This document shows, piece by piece, positions 1-10,142 of a stretch of 64,000 nucleotides of DNA. Numbering within the stretch: position 1 is the first letter of the stretch; each line of letters begins with the position of its first letter. Made by a program: the position numbers and the translations under genes. Below the pieces are notes generated by a model. It ran no database searches. It saw only the letters and a list, made by a program, of their open reading frames with translations, and was not told the origin of the DNA. Origin of the DNA: Minisyncoccota bacterium (lineage in GTDB: Bacteria; Patescibacteriota; Minisyncoccia; Phycocordibacterales; JABMNX01); contig OZ244961.1 of the NCBI GenBank assembly GCA_965222715.1, forward strand, positions 204,609 to 268,608, given 5' to 3'.

Positions 1-991
1 GTGCTTCCCGATGCATTTGCTCGGTGCGAATCTGTATCTCAACTGTTCCTGTGGCACCAGTAAACACTGTCGTGTGAATACTTTGGTATCCATTCGGTTT
101 TTTAAAAGCAATGTAGTCTTTTATCTTTCCTGGTAGTGGTCGCCAGAGACCGTGCACAACACCAAGGGCGCGATAACAGTCATCAACAGTTGGGACAATG
201 ATGCGTAAGGCAGAGATATCGTGAATTTTTGAAATATCAAAATCTTTTCGCTCTAGTTTTTTATATAAACTGTAGTGACCTTTAATCCGCTCTTCAGTTT
301 TAAAGTCAGTAATATTATGTTTCGCTAACTCTTTCTTTACGGTTTTGAGTATTTTTGAAAGATTTTTTTCATCCTCAGCACTCTTTTGTTGCAATAGTTC
401 TTCAACCTTTTTACTTTCTTTGGGGTAGACATACGGGAAGGCTAGATCTTCAAGCTCTCGTTTAATGCGTCCCATACCGAGTCGATCAGCAATTGGTGCA
501 TAAATTTCAAGTGTTTCAAGTGCGATACGTTTTTGCTTTTTCTTTGGCACATGCTCAAGAGTGAGCATGTTGTGTCGGCGGTCCATAAGTTTAATAATAA
601 CCACGCGAACATCTTGTGAGGTTGCGATAAAGAGTTTACGTAAACTCTCCATGTGACGTTCAACACCGCGATACCTGAGTGTACCGAGTTTTGTTACACC
701 ATCAACTAAGAAAAGCACTTCTTTGCCGAACGTTTCCTCAATTGTTTTTGGAGACACATCAACGTCTTCGATAGTGTCATGAAGAAAGCCAACCGCAACA
801 CTTGTGGGCCCCATACCAATTTCAGCAAGACTCTTTGCAGTCTCAAATACGTGATTAAAATACGGCTCTCCCGAATATCGAATATGCCCTTCGTGCGCTT
901 TCTTAGCAAACGTATACGCTTTCTTCACCAGCGCAATATCCTTTTCGCCTGAGTTAGTAAGTAGGGAAGTAATGTCCTTGACATCATTCAT
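1..991 (-). CDS. RelA/SpoT family (p)ppGpp hydrolase/synthetase, N-terminal part (runs off window start)
   Basis: Manual translation of the minus strand from ATG 991 (alternative 1000): MNDVKDITSLL...AYTFAKKAHEGHIRYSGEPYFNHV...GFLHDTIED...LVDGVTKL, the typical RelA/SpoT HD domain. Absent from the ORF track because it is truncated by the window edge. Confidence 0.9.
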   Translation of the reverse strand, partial: MNDVKDITSLLTNSGEKDIALVKKAYTFAKKAHEGHIRYSGEPYFNHVFETAKSLAEIGMGPTSVAVGFLHDTIEDVDVSPKTIEETFGKEVLFLVDGVTKLGTLRYRGVERHMESLRKLFIATSQDVRVVIIKLMDRRHNMLTLEHVPKKKQKRIALETLEIYAPIADRLGMGRIKRELEDLAFPYVYPKESKKVEELLQQKSAEDEKNLSKILKTVKKELAKHNITDFKTEERIKGHYSLYKKLERKDFDISKIHDISALRIIVPTVDDCYRALGVVHGLWRPLPGKIKDYIAFKKPNGYQSIHTTVFTGATGTVEIQIRTEQMHREA

Positions 992-1042
992 AATCTCCAT
1001 TATACTTTTTTTAGCTTTTCATGCAACGGGAGGTTACTCGCC

Positions 1043-1258
1043 ATGAGTTGTAGAACGAACGTTCGTCCTGTTTCGGATGACACAAACGTCGCTCGCCTTC
1101 GTAACAAGAAGAAAAAACCTACCGCTCTTTGTCTCCACTGTGGTCAGTCCCACGGTCAAGGAATCGAAGAGCTGTGCACTCCTCTTTTGAAGGGGGTGTG
1201 TGGAGAAAGAACAGTTAAATTCGGGAATCCAAACTTTCTTTCCCCCTACACGATGTGA
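1043..1258 (+). CDS. Small hypothetical protein with CxxC motif
   Basis: 71-aa ORF preceded by SD GGAGG and followed by a hairpin; contains CLHC. Confidence 0.45.
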   Translation: MSCRTNVRPVSDDTNVARLRNKKKKPTALCLHCGQSHGQGIEELCTPLLKGVCGERTVKFGNPNFLSPYTM

Positions 1259-1272
1259 TTCGAATCTGTAGG

Positions 1273-1301
1273 CCGCCAGGAAGCACGTGCTTCCTTGGCG
1301 G
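1273..1301. terminator. Bidirectional terminator-like hairpin between convergent ORF 1043-1258 and topA
   Basis: CCGCCA-GGAAGCAC/GTGCTTCC-T-TGGCGG followed by a T-run. Confidence 0.6.
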
Positions 1302-1305
1302 TTTT

Positions 1306-3543
1306 TTATTTAGATGACTTCCGAGTAGTTTTCTTAGCAGTCTTCTTCGCCACTTTTTTAGGAGTACGTTTTCGTGTTTTCTTTTCTTCAGCAAGAATTT
1401 CTAGTGCTCGAGGTAATTCAATAGTGTATACATCATCTGTTTTAAGTGAGCGAAAATCACCATCATGCACAATAAAGGGACCAAATCGTCCAATGCCCGC
1501 GGTAATCTCTTCACCTGTTTCAGGATGTTTTCCAAGAACACGGGGTACGCTTAAATACTTTGCAGCATCTTCCACTGTCACTTCATCAATATCTTTATCT
1601 TTTGGGATACTTGCACGTCGTGGCTTTTCTTTCTTTCGTTCTCCTTTTTGGGGAGTTGCACCAAGTTGTACATAGGGACCAAACCGTCCTGTGAGTAAAT
1701 AAATATCTTCACCGCTTTCTGGGTGCTTTCCAATTGGTTTATCTGGTTCAATAACTTTACCTTCAATTGTGCGAGCACCATCACACTCTGGAAATCGTGC
1801 GCAGCTTAAGAACTTACCACCACGACCAAGTTTGATGACCATCTTACTGTCACATTTGGGGCAGGGGAATTCATCAGGTGCGTCACCAAGTGTAGTAATT
1901 TTTTCAAGATCTTCTTTTGCCTCAACATCTTTTCGAAATGGAGTATAAAAGTCTTGGAGTGTTTTCGTATACTCACGTTTTCCTTCTGCAATTTCATCAA
2001 GTTCATTTTCCATTTCTGCAGTAAACGAGTCACTGATGTAGTTTTCAAAATTCTTTTCCAAAAATGAGCTCACCACATCTCCTGTATCAGTTGGAAAGAG
2101 CGTTCGTCCCTCCTTATAGACATATTCACGATCTTGAAGCGTCTTCATAATAGATGCGTATGTTGACGGCCGACCAATACCTCGCTTTTCAAGTTCTTTA
2201 ATAAGTCCTGCTTCAGTGTAGCGCTGTGGTGGTTGCGTTTGTTTTGCTTCTGAGTGTATATCAGTAAGAGTAAGTACTTCTCCTTCTTCAACCTTAGGAA
2301 GCTCAGTATCTTCACCGCGAGCCCGTGGGTCTGCTTTGAGCCACCCATCAAAGACAACTCGAGAACCATTTGCGGTAAAAGCAGGTATCTCAGCATCTGT
2401 AGTAGTGGTTATTTTTGTACGAAGTACACGAGCATCTGCCATTTGGGACGCAATCGTTCTCTCCCAAATGAGGGTATATAATTTTTTCTGATCATCTGTG
2501 GTGCCGGCACGTTCTTTAGATATGTTTGATGGTCGTATTGCTTCGTGAGCTTCTTGCGCTGATTTACTTGATGTTTTATATGCACGGGTGGTGCTGTATT
2601 CTTCTCCATACTTTTTCTTTACTAACGTCGTAATTTGTCCAAGCGCTTGGTTACTGAGGTTGGTACTATCCGTACGCATATAGGTAATATGTCCAGCCTC
2701 ATACAATTTCTGTGCTACACCCATGGTGCGAGAAGGTGCAAAGCCAAGTCGAGTGCTGGCAACTTGCTGAAGTGTTGAGGTAATAAATGGTGGACGTGGT
2801 GCACGTTTCACTTCAGTTTCCTTTACCATATCGACTGTCCATGATGCTTTTTTACCTTCCGTGACAATACGTTTCGTTTCAACTTCTTCTTTAGGTTCAA
2901 CTGAACAGGTAATGGTAAACGACTCTTTCTTTTGTGTCGCCACATTAGCAGTAATAACCCAAAAATCTTCTGGTATAAATTCACGTATCTCTCGCTCTCG
3001 CTCCATAAGGATACGTAGTGCGGGAGATTGTACTCGTCCTGCTGAGAGTCCATAGCGAACTTTTTTCCAAATAAGCCCTGAGAGATCATAGCCAACCAGT
3101 CTATCAAGTACTCGCCGAGCTTCCTGAGCTTGTTTGAGATGCTCATCAATATCTCGTGGGTGAGCAACAGCTTCCTGTACTGCTTCTTTGGTGATTTCAT
3201 TAAACACCACACGTTTTGGTGTTGTAAGTTGAAGAGCTTCTTTAAGGTGCCAGGCAATTGCCTCACCTTCTCGGTCGGGGTCAGTTGCAAGAAGTACCTC
3301 GTCTGCTTCATTCGCAAGTTCTTTTAACTCTTCAAGAACATCTTCTTTGCCGCGTGATACTTCATAGTTAGGAATAAACCCCCCTTTGATATCGATAGCA
3401 TTTTTATTACTTTTAGGGAGATCGCGCACATGTCCGACTGATGCGCGCACCACAAATTCACCTTTCTGTGTGTGAGGAAGGTCGTCGAGATATTTTGTTA
3501 TTGTTTTTGCTTTCGCAGGTGATTCAACAATTAATAATTTCAT
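1306..3543 (-). CDS. topA: DNA topoisomerase I
   Basis: LLIVESPAKAKTI, ATDPDREGEAIAWH, SAGRVQS, ITYMRTDS motifs; C-terminal zinc ribbon and basic tail. Confidence 0.98.
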   Translation of the reverse strand: MKLLIVESPAKAKTITKYLDDLPHTQKGEFVVRASVGHVRDLPKSNKNAIDIKGGFIPNYEVSRGKEDVLEELKELANEADEVLLATDPDREGEAIAWHLKEALQLTTPKRVVFNEITKEAVQEAVAHPRDIDEHLKQAQEARRVLDRLVGYDLSGLIWKKVRYGLSAGRVQSPALRILMEREREIREFIPEDFWVITANVATQKKESFTITCSVEPKEEVETKRIVTEGKKASWTVDMVKETEVKRAPRPPFITSTLQQVASTRLGFAPSRTMGVAQKLYEAGHITYMRTDSTNLSNQALGQITTLVKKKYGEEYSTTRAYKTSSKSAQEAHEAIRPSNISKERAGTTDDQKKLYTLIWERTIASQMADARVLRTKITTTTDAEIPAFTANGSRVVFDGWLKADPRARGEDTELPKVEEGEVLTLTDIHSEAKQTQPPQRYTEAGLIKELEKRGIGRPSTYASIMKTLQDREYVYKEGRTLFPTDTGDVVSSFLEKNFENYISDSFTAEMENELDEIAEGKREYTKTLQDFYTPFRKDVEAKEDLEKITTLGDAPDEFPCPKCDSKMVIKLGRGGKFLSCARFPECDGARTIEGKVIEPDKPIGKHPESGEDIYLLTGRFGPYVQLGATPQKGERKKEKPRRASIPKDKDIDEVTVEDAAKYLSVPRVLGKHPETGEEITAGIGRFGPFIVHDGDFRSLKTDDVYTIELPRALEILAEEKKTRKRTPKKVAKKTAKKTTRKSSK

Positions 3544-3606
3544 ATATACGTTACAGGTGTACGTGAAAGTAAATGTTGTGTCAAGTTTTCTATACTACTA
3601 CAGTCT

Positions 3607-4464
3607 TTAATCAGCACAACGAAATTCTCCCATTCGCTCAATAATAATACCCTTTAACTCCATTGCTGAAAGTAGTACGTGCGCTTCTGTCACTGGTAGC
3701 TCAAGTGCATCAATGAGTGTATCTCTATGCATGGGGTGACTAAGTAGCTCTACTACTTTTTTCTCAGCATCGCTTAATGTTTCCAAATGCTGCATGTGGG
3801 GAGTGACGTGTATGCCGAGTGCTTCAAGAATATCATCACTTGAAGTAATAGGTGTTGCACCATTCTTTATTAACATGTGTGGCCCGTATGAAAGTCGTGA
3901 AAACACTGTGTTTGGCACGGTGAGTACATCCCGATTGTATTCCATTGCGAGTCGAGCGGTTATGAGTGTTCCTGATTTTTCCCCTGCTTCAATAACAAGT
4001 GTTGCGTGTGAGAGCCCCGCCATAATTCTATTTCGCTGCGGGAAACTATATGGTGTTGCGCGGAATGTTGGTTCAAATTCTGAAAGTAACCCACCGCCAG
4101 AGGAGAGTATGTCACGCGCAAGTGATTGATTGGTGCGTGGGTAGAGTACCGAGTCATGTAATCCTGATCCAGGGACGGCTACCGTATGAAGCCCTGCAGC
4201 AAGGGCCGCTCTGTGTGCGAGTGCGTCCATGCCAAGAGCAAGTCCTGAGACAATAGCAATGGGGTAACCGCGAAGGCCGTGAATAAACGTCTCACACACA
4301 TCTTTCCCGTACGGTGAGTGACGTCGTGAACCAACCACACACAATAGTATTGTATTTTCCTGTGGAAGAGATCCTCGTAGGTAAAGTGTTTTAGGCGGGT
4401 CAGGTATTTCGTTAAGAAGTTGCGGGAACTCATCTGGAGTAAGTTGTCTCACTGTGTGCTCCAT
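3607..4464 (-). CDS. dprA: DNA-protecting protein DprA
   Basis: VVGSR, IVSGLALGMDALAH, FPQRNRIMAGLS, SGTLITA motifs; adjacent to topA. Confidence 0.96.
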   Translation of the reverse strand: MEHTVRQLTPDEFPQLLNEIPDPPKTLYLRGSLPQENTILLCVVGSRRHSPYGKDVCETFIHGLRGYPIAIVSGLALGMDALAHRAALAAGLHTVAVPGSGLHDSVLYPRTNQSLARDILSSGGGLLSEFEPTFRATPYSFPQRNRIMAGLSHATLVIEAGEKSGTLITARLAMEYNRDVLTVPNTVFSRLSYGPHMLIKNGATPITSSDDILEALGIHVTPHMQHLETLSDAEKKVVELLSHPMHRDTLIDALELPVTEAHVLLSAMELKGIIIERMGEFRCAD

Positions 4465-4511
4465 AGTACTATGTAGTGTATCATTGTTGCTGAAACACTG
4501 ACCAATACCTT

Positions 4512-5783
4512 ATGTTAGATATTCAGTTTATTCGAGAGAACAAGAAACTCATTGAAGAGGGCGCACGTAAAAAGCGCATGGATGTTGACATTGATCGACT
4601 CATTACCATTGATGATAAACGTCGAGAACTCCTTAGCTCTATTGAAAAGAAACGTGCACAACAAAACAGTGCAAACGACAGTATCACAAATACAGAAGAT
4701 CAGACTGAAAAGGATCGGCTTATCGCAGACATGAAAGGCATAAAAGAGGCGATCCAAAAAGAAGAAGAAGTATTAAAAGGAGTGATGGAAGAGTGGCAAG
4801 CTCTCATGCTTCAGGTACCTAACATTCCTGACATGTCAGTACCCGAGGGGGAAGATGACGCTGACAACAAAGAAATTAAAGTTTGGGGGGAGAAGCCACA
4901 ATTTTCTTTCACTCCAAAGAGTCACGTTGAGATAATGACAGAACTTGATATTGCTGACTTTGAGCGGGGTACAAAAGTACACGGTTTTCGTGGATATTTT
5001 TTAAAAAAGGATGGCGCACTACTTTCGTATGCTATTTGGAATTACGCACACGAGTTCTTTCTTAAAAAAGGGTTTGTGCCACTTCTTGGCCCAACAATTG
5101 TGCGCAAGAATAACCTCTACGGCACAGGACACTTACCAAATGATGCTGATGATGTGTACCACACACAAGATGACGATTATCTTATTGGGACCTCAGAGAT
5201 TTCTACTATGGGGTATCACTCAGATGAAATTTTAGATAAAAATGCATTACCGCTAAAGTACCTTGCCTTTTCTCCGTGTTATAGAAGGGAAGCGGGAAGT
5301 CATGGAAAAGACACCAAAGGACTCATTCGAGTACATGAATTCTATAAAGTTGAGCAAGTAATTTTGTGTGAAGCAAGTCACGAGGAGTCAGTGAAGTGGC
5401 ATGAGTGGATTAATCGAAATACTGAAGAGTTCATTGAATCACTCGGTATTCCGTATCATACAGTACTAAACTGCGGTGGTGATATTGGGCAAGGACAAGT
5501 AAAGAAATATGATATTGAGCTGTGGGTACCACTTGAGGAGAAGTACCGAGAGATTAGCTCAGCATCATACTTCCATGATTTCCAGACACGCCGTTTTAAT
5601 ACCAAGTATCGTGACGAAGAAGGCAAAGCTCGTTACGCACACTCACTAAACTGCACTGCTATACCAACCCCACGAGTACTCGTTTCATTGGTTGAAAACT
5701 TTCAACAAGAAGATGGGTCTGTAAAGATTCCCGAAGTATTAAGGCCGTACCTTGGTGGTAAAGAAGTAATCACAAAGAAGTAA
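4512..5783 (+). CDS. serS: Serine--tRNA ligase
   Basis: MLDIQFIREN start, coiled-coil arm, YRREAGSHGKDTKGLIRVHEF, EISSAS, ENFQQEDGSV. Confidence 0.98.
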   Translation: MLDIQFIRENKKLIEEGARKKRMDVDIDRLITIDDKRRELLSSIEKKRAQQNSANDSITNTEDQTEKDRLIADMKGIKEAIQKEEEVLKGVMEEWQALMLQVPNIPDMSVPEGEDDADNKEIKVWGEKPQFSFTPKSHVEIMTELDIADFERGTKVHGFRGYFLKKDGALLSYAIWNYAHEFFLKKGFVPLLGPTIVRKNNLYGTGHLPNDADDVYHTQDDDYLIGTSEISTMGYHSDEILDKNALPLKYLAFSPCYRREAGSHGKDTKGLIRVHEFYKVEQVILCEASHEESVKWHEWINRNTEEFIESLGIPYHTVLNCGGDIGQGQVKKYDIELWVPLEEKYREISSASYFHDFQTRRFNTKYRDEEGKARYAHSLNCTAIPTPRVLVSLVENFQQEDGSVKIPEVLRPYLGGKEVITKK

Positions 5784-5784
5784 T

Positions 5785-6645
5785 ATGGGTATATTTGCTC
5801 GTCGTAGGACGATGCGTTCAGCAAAACGAATACAACAGATTCGGCGGCGGCTCTTGGTACGAGGAGGAATACTCCTTGCCATCATCATTATTGTACTTGG
5901 TGGACTCTCTTTTCTATCACACCACAAAACTTTTTTGATTGAACGTATTGTAGTGAATGGCAATAATGTAGTACAGAATGCAAGTATCGAACATCTTGCA
6001 CGAGAGACGTTTTCTGGAAGCTATTTCTATCTCTTCTCTCGCTCAAACAGTCTCATCTTTCCTTCGGGTGAACTTACGGCACGTATTCTTGAGAATATTT
6101 CACAAATTGAGTCGGTGGATATTGTGCGGACTGATCTACACACTATTTCAATTGATGTAGTTGAACAAAGACCGTTTGCGCTCTGGTGTCGTGAGTTTAT
6201 TATCGCCAAAGACAGCGAAGAAGAGAGTGAGGAAGAATGTTTTTTCTTAAACAGTGAAGGGTTTATTTTTGCTGAAGCACCAAACTTTACTGGAAATGTA
6301 TTCTTCCGTTTTTATGGTGAAGTGAAAGGTGATGAACCAATTCGAAAACGATATACTACTACCACTGAGTTTCTTCGCATGAATGTGCTCATCGATTCTT
6401 TAGAAGGCTTGGCGGTGACACCGATAGAACTTCGTCCAGAAAATGAGCAGGATTTCGCACTTTATCTTGAGGAAGGAGGAAAGATTATTTACAATCGAGA
6501 ACAACGCCCATCAGAAATAGTTGATAACCTAAAGGCAGTTCTGGATTCAGAATTGTTCAAAGAAGTTGGACTTGTAGGAACTGACTATATTGATTTACGC
6601 TTTGGTAACAAAGTCTACTTTAAAGCAAAAAGTGAGAGTAGGTAA
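5785..6645 (+). CDS. FtsQ/DivIB-like cell division protein (TM + POTRA)
   Basis: Basic N-terminus, one TM helix, POTRA-like IVVNGN segment, C-terminal YIDLRFGNKVY. Confidence 0.8.
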   Translation: MGIFARRRTMRSAKRIQQIRRRLLVRGGILLAIIIIVLGGLSFLSHHKTFLIERIVVNGNNVVQNASIEHLARETFSGSYFYLFSRSNSLIFPSGELTARILENISQIESVDIVRTDLHTISIDVVEQRPFALWCREFIIAKDSEEESEEECFFLNSEGFIFAEAPNFTGNVFFRFYGEVKGDEPIRKRYTTTTEFLRMNVLIDSLEGLAVTPIELRPENEQDFALYLEEGGKIIYNREQRPSEIVDNLKAVLDSELFKEVGLVGTDYIDLRFGNKVYFKAKSESR

Positions 6646-6794
6646 AATAGAAAACCGGCGTCGCCTCAACTCCAAGTCCACTGATCAAAAGATCGGGGAT
6701 CAAGAAGTGGGCGACGCCGGGGTGTCAGACGGGTGTCGAGGCCGTCTGACTCGGACGTCGAGCGATGAGGGGGCGAAAATCGCTCGGCCCGATG

Positions 6795-6968
6795 TTACTT
6801 CTGGAACCTGTTGGTAACCCAGAAAAAGAATCGGGAGAGCAGGGCGTCCGGATTCCGGTACACGTAGGCGTCCGGATTGTGACCGTGCTGTTGTTCGACT
6901 TCGTCCATCTCGCGAAGCATCGCTGCTGTTCGAGAGAGAGGACTTGAACATGTTTGGAAAGCGCTCAT
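6795..6968 (-). CDS. 57-aa hypothetical protein (not in ORF track)
   Basis: SD GAGGAGG upstream of ATG 6968. Translation MSAFQTCSSPLSRTAAMLREMDEVEQQHGHNPDAYVYRNPDALLSRFFFWVTNRFQK. Confidence 0.55.
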   Translation of the reverse strand: MSAFQTCSSPLSRTAAMLREMDEVEQQHGHNPDAYVYRNPDALLSRFFFWVTNRFQK

Positions 6969-7060
6969 CTTGGTAATTCTCCTCCTCGTGTGGGGTCTGT
7001 GTTGACCCCTCCCTGTTGTAACGTACTTTTATGATTAAAAGTATAGCATAGTATGGTATA

Positions 7061-8095
7061 ATGTCAAGTATGGATACACAGATACATAATAAAGCAGAAC
7101 ATGGCTTCTGGAGCAGCCTTACCAAGCCGTTTTTTGTCCTAGCACCACTTGCGGATGTGACTGATCCAGCATTCCGTCGCGTTATTGCACAGTATGGCAA
7201 ACCAGATGTTATGTGGACTGAGTTTGTATCTGCTGATGGACTTTTCTTAGCAGATGCTGAAGGACAGGAGAAAATAAAAAAAGATCTTATCTATACAGAG
7301 GAAGAACGTCCAATTGTGGCGCAGTTATTTTCTTCACAACCTGAAATGATGCGTCGAGCTTCTCAATATGTTACAGAATGTGGCTTTGATGGTTTTGATA
7401 TTAATATGGGATGCCCTGATCGAAGTATTGAAAAGCAAGGGTCAGGTGCAGCACTTATTAAAACACCTGAATTAGCACAAGAGCTTGTATGTGCCGCAAA
7501 GGAAGGAGTACGCGATGCAGTAAAGAAAGGCGCACAACCCATTCCGGTTTCAGTAAAAACACGGATTGGGTATAACGTAAATGAACTTGAAGAGTGGCTT
7601 CCAAAACTTCTTGAGGTCACACCAGCTGTTATTACTATTCATGCACGAACACGAAAAGAAATGTCAAAAGTACCAGCTCGTTGGGAAGAGGTAAGGCGAG
7701 CTGTTGAAATGCGAAATAGACTACAGAGTAACACCCTCATTATTGGTAATGGTGATGCACTTGATATTGCTGATGCAAGAAAAAAAGCAGAAATGAGCGG
7801 ATGCGATGGGGTAATGCTCGGGCGGGCTATTTTTGGGAATCCATGGCTTTTTGAAGAGTTACATGGAGAGAAAAGTATTGTCTCAGTAGAAGAGAGGTTA
7901 CGAGTCCTTGTTGAGCACACAAAATTTTTTGAAGAACTATTAGGGCACAAAAGTTTTTCCATTATGAAAAAACACTACAAGGCGTATGTGAATGGTTTTG
8001 ATGGCGCAAAAGAACTACGTATGCAGCTCATGGAAGCAAAAGACGCTACTGAAGTTGAAAGAGGGATACAAGAATTTCTTACATCGGTGGCTTGA
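7061..8095 (+). CDS. dus: tRNA-dihydrouridine synthase
   Basis: LAPLADVTD, DINMGCP, VSVKTRIG, IHARTR, IGNGD, GVMLGRAIFGNPWLF. Confidence 0.95.
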   Translation: MSSMDTQIHNKAEHGFWSSLTKPFFVLAPLADVTDPAFRRVIAQYGKPDVMWTEFVSADGLFLADAEGQEKIKKDLIYTEEERPIVAQLFSSQPEMMRRASQYVTECGFDGFDINMGCPDRSIEKQGSGAALIKTPELAQELVCAAKEGVRDAVKKGAQPIPVSVKTRIGYNVNELEEWLPKLLEVTPAVITIHARTRKEMSKVPARWEEVRRAVEMRNRLQSNTLIIGNGDALDIADARKKAEMSGCDGVMLGRAIFGNPWLFEELHGEKSIVSVEERLRVLVEHTKFFEELLGHKSFSIMKKHYKAYVNGFDGAKELRMQLMEAKDATEVERGIQEFLTSVA

Positions 8096-8166
8096 TTTTT
8101 ATTAATAAATGTGGTTTTATTTATACAGAATACGTTTCGTCTGTAACTGTTTAAGGAGAAACACCC

Positions 8167-8550
8167 ATGACGTACCTACGTCTAGTGGTCGTGGTGCTGC
8201 TCGTAACAGCCGCCACAGTTGTAGCTGCGTTACTTGACGTATACGGCTACGTTGATCCTCGCACACCTTTGGGTGCACTTATTCTTGGGGTGCCGGGCAT
8301 GCTTTTCGGCTTCTACCTACACAAAACATCAAAAGTCTATTGGCCCATAAAGCACCTCGCTTTGCTACTCCCGATCGCACTGGTGTGGATGTTTGCAAAT
8401 ACGGCTCAGTTGACACAGTACATCAGCCGTTCCGCTGAACATCTTGCCTTCTCGGTCGAGCCCGCTCTATTCCTCAGTGTTGTGGCGACAGTGTTTTCTG
8501 GGTATGCGGTCTTCACGCTCTCATACCTCATGCGCCGTATTTTTTCCTAG
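8167..8550 (+). CDS. Hypothetical membrane protein
   Basis: Four hydrophobic segments, SD AAGGAG, downstream hairpin near 8595-8622. Confidence 0.65.
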   Translation: MTYLRLVVVVLLVTAATVVAALLDVYGYVDPRTPLGALILGVPGMLFGFYLHKTSKVYWPIKHLALLLPIALVWMFANTAQLTQYISRSAEHLAFSVEPALFLSVVATVFSGYAVFTLSYLMRRIFS

Positions 8551-8647
8551 CACATCTACGGTGTCGATTCGTCTATATCGCAGACATTCTGCTATCCGAG
8601 CACAAAGTACATGTGTTCGGATTTTCTTTTAGTGGAACACGAGATAC

Positions 8648-8676
8648 TTGACAAAAATAAAATATATAATTATAAT
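8648..8676 (+). promoter_or_regulatory. Consensus sigma70 promoter
   Basis: TTGACA (8648-8653), 17 nt, TATAAT (8671-8676). Confidence 0.8.
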
Positions 8677-8707
8677 ATTAGTTAGAAATCAGTAGGAGGT
8701 TCAAGAC

Positions 8708-8923
8708 ATGCATATAAATGAACGACGTTTTCTACTCCTCTTCGGCATCTTTGTCGGAACACTCATGTTTTCGGTATTTCTTGCCGGGGTTTTCAGTCCG
8801 GTTTTCATGGTGATCGTTCATTTCACCGGATTTCCAATGAGTGCTTTGATCTTGATCTGGTGCCTCGGAATATCGGGATTGGTCACCCTTTGGGCCGCAA
8901 ATAAGGCGCCAAGAAGTTTCTAA
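8708..8923 (+). CDS. Small hypothetical membrane protein
   Basis: Two TM segments, SD AGGAGG, own promoter and downstream hairpin AGCCCAGCAAT...ATTGTTGGGCT. Confidence 0.65.
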   Translation: MHINERRFLLLFGIFVGTLMFSVFLAGVFSPVFMVIVHFTGFPMSALILIWCLGISGLVTLWAANKAPRSF

Positions 8924-9012
8924 AACCAAATACTCAGATGAGCCCAGCAATACGGAGTGATTGTTGGGCTTTCTTTTTGATAAAGTTCACGTGGTATACT
9001 CTACCTAACCTT

Positions 9013-10062
9013 ATGAAAGACTCTCCACAACACACAGCACTGTATCGAAAGTATCGTCCTTCACAGTTTAAGGATGTGCTTGGACAAGATCATGTAGTCT
9101 CAGTGCTTCATAGTGCAATACAGAAAGGAAATATTGCGCACGCATACCTTTTCTCAGGAACACGTGGAACGGGAAAGACAAGCATTGCTCGTATTGTTGC
9201 AAAAGAAATTGGGTGTACCCAAAATGATCTCTATGAAATAGATGCTGCGTCAAACCGTGGTATTGATGATATTCGTGAACTTCGTGAGTCAGTACACGTA
9301 CTGCCACTTGAGTCTCCCTACAAAGTTTACATCATTGATGAGGTGCACATGCTCACCAAAGAAGCTTTCAATGCACTCTTAAAAACACTTGAAGAGCCGC
9401 CACAACATGTCGTCTTTATTCTTGCGACAACCGAAGAGGGGAAGTTGCCAGAAACGATCGTGTCACGGTGTCAGAGTTTTTCATTTAAAAAACCGTCTCG
9501 TATAGTACTTGGAAAGATGGTAAAAGAGGTGGCGAAGAAAGAGGGGTTCAGTATTGAGTCTGCTTCAGCTGAATTGATTGCAATGCTTGCCGATGGTTCG
9601 TTTCGTGATGCACACGGAATGCTCCAGAAAGTGCTCTCGTCAAGTAAAGATAAAAAAGTGAGTGTTGCTGAGGTTGAGGTGGTTACTGGTGCACCTAAGG
9701 GAAAGCTCGTAAATGATTTTATTGAAGCACTCGATACACGTTCACTTGATAAAGGACTTACGGTAGTACAGACTGTGGTGGCAGACAATATCGATATAAA
9801 AATATTTTTGAAATTGGTACTACATAAGGTGCGGGCGATATTATTATTGCGGTATGCGAAACATATGAAAAAGACTATCGAGGAGCAGTTTTCAGAAGAA
9901 GACAGCGCTTTTCTTTTACAGAGTGCTCAAAACAAAGATTCTTATATTACTGCATCAGTGCTCTACGAACTGCTCGGCGCGTATGACGCAACGGATCGTG
10001 CTTATATTTCACAACTTCCTCTTGAGCTTGCCTTGATACAATTACTTAAAACAGAAGCTTGA
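9013..10062 (+). CDS. dnaX: DNA polymerase III subunit gamma/tau
   Basis: LYRKYRP, GTRGTGKTS, EIDAASNRGIDDIR, IIDEVHML, SRC. ATG 9013 chosen as it follows TATACT. Confidence 0.96.
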   Translation: MKDSPQHTALYRKYRPSQFKDVLGQDHVVSVLHSAIQKGNIAHAYLFSGTRGTGKTSIARIVAKEIGCTQNDLYEIDAASNRGIDDIRELRESVHVLPLESPYKVYIIDEVHMLTKEAFNALLKTLEEPPQHVVFILATTEEGKLPETIVSRCQSFSFKKPSRIVLGKMVKEVAKKEGFSIESASAELIAMLADGSFRDAHGMLQKVLSSSKDKKVSVAEVEVVTGAPKGKLVNDFIEALDTRSLDKGLTVVQTVVADNIDIKIFLKLVLHKVRAILLLRYAKHMKKTIEEQFSEEDSAFLLQSAQNKDSYITASVLYELLGAYDATDRAYISQLPLELALIQLLKTEA

Positions 10063-10142
10063 TTTGAAGTATTGAAAGTCGTATAGTGAAATTGGAAGAT
10101 TTTCTTCCTCATTTTGACATAGAAAACAAGGAGGAATACGCG

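Noticed and set aside
6700-7200. 166-aa minus-strand ORF from the track
   Set aside because: It overlaps dus antisense and has low-complexity R/S/P composition. The SD-led 57-aa ORF in another frame is a better call.
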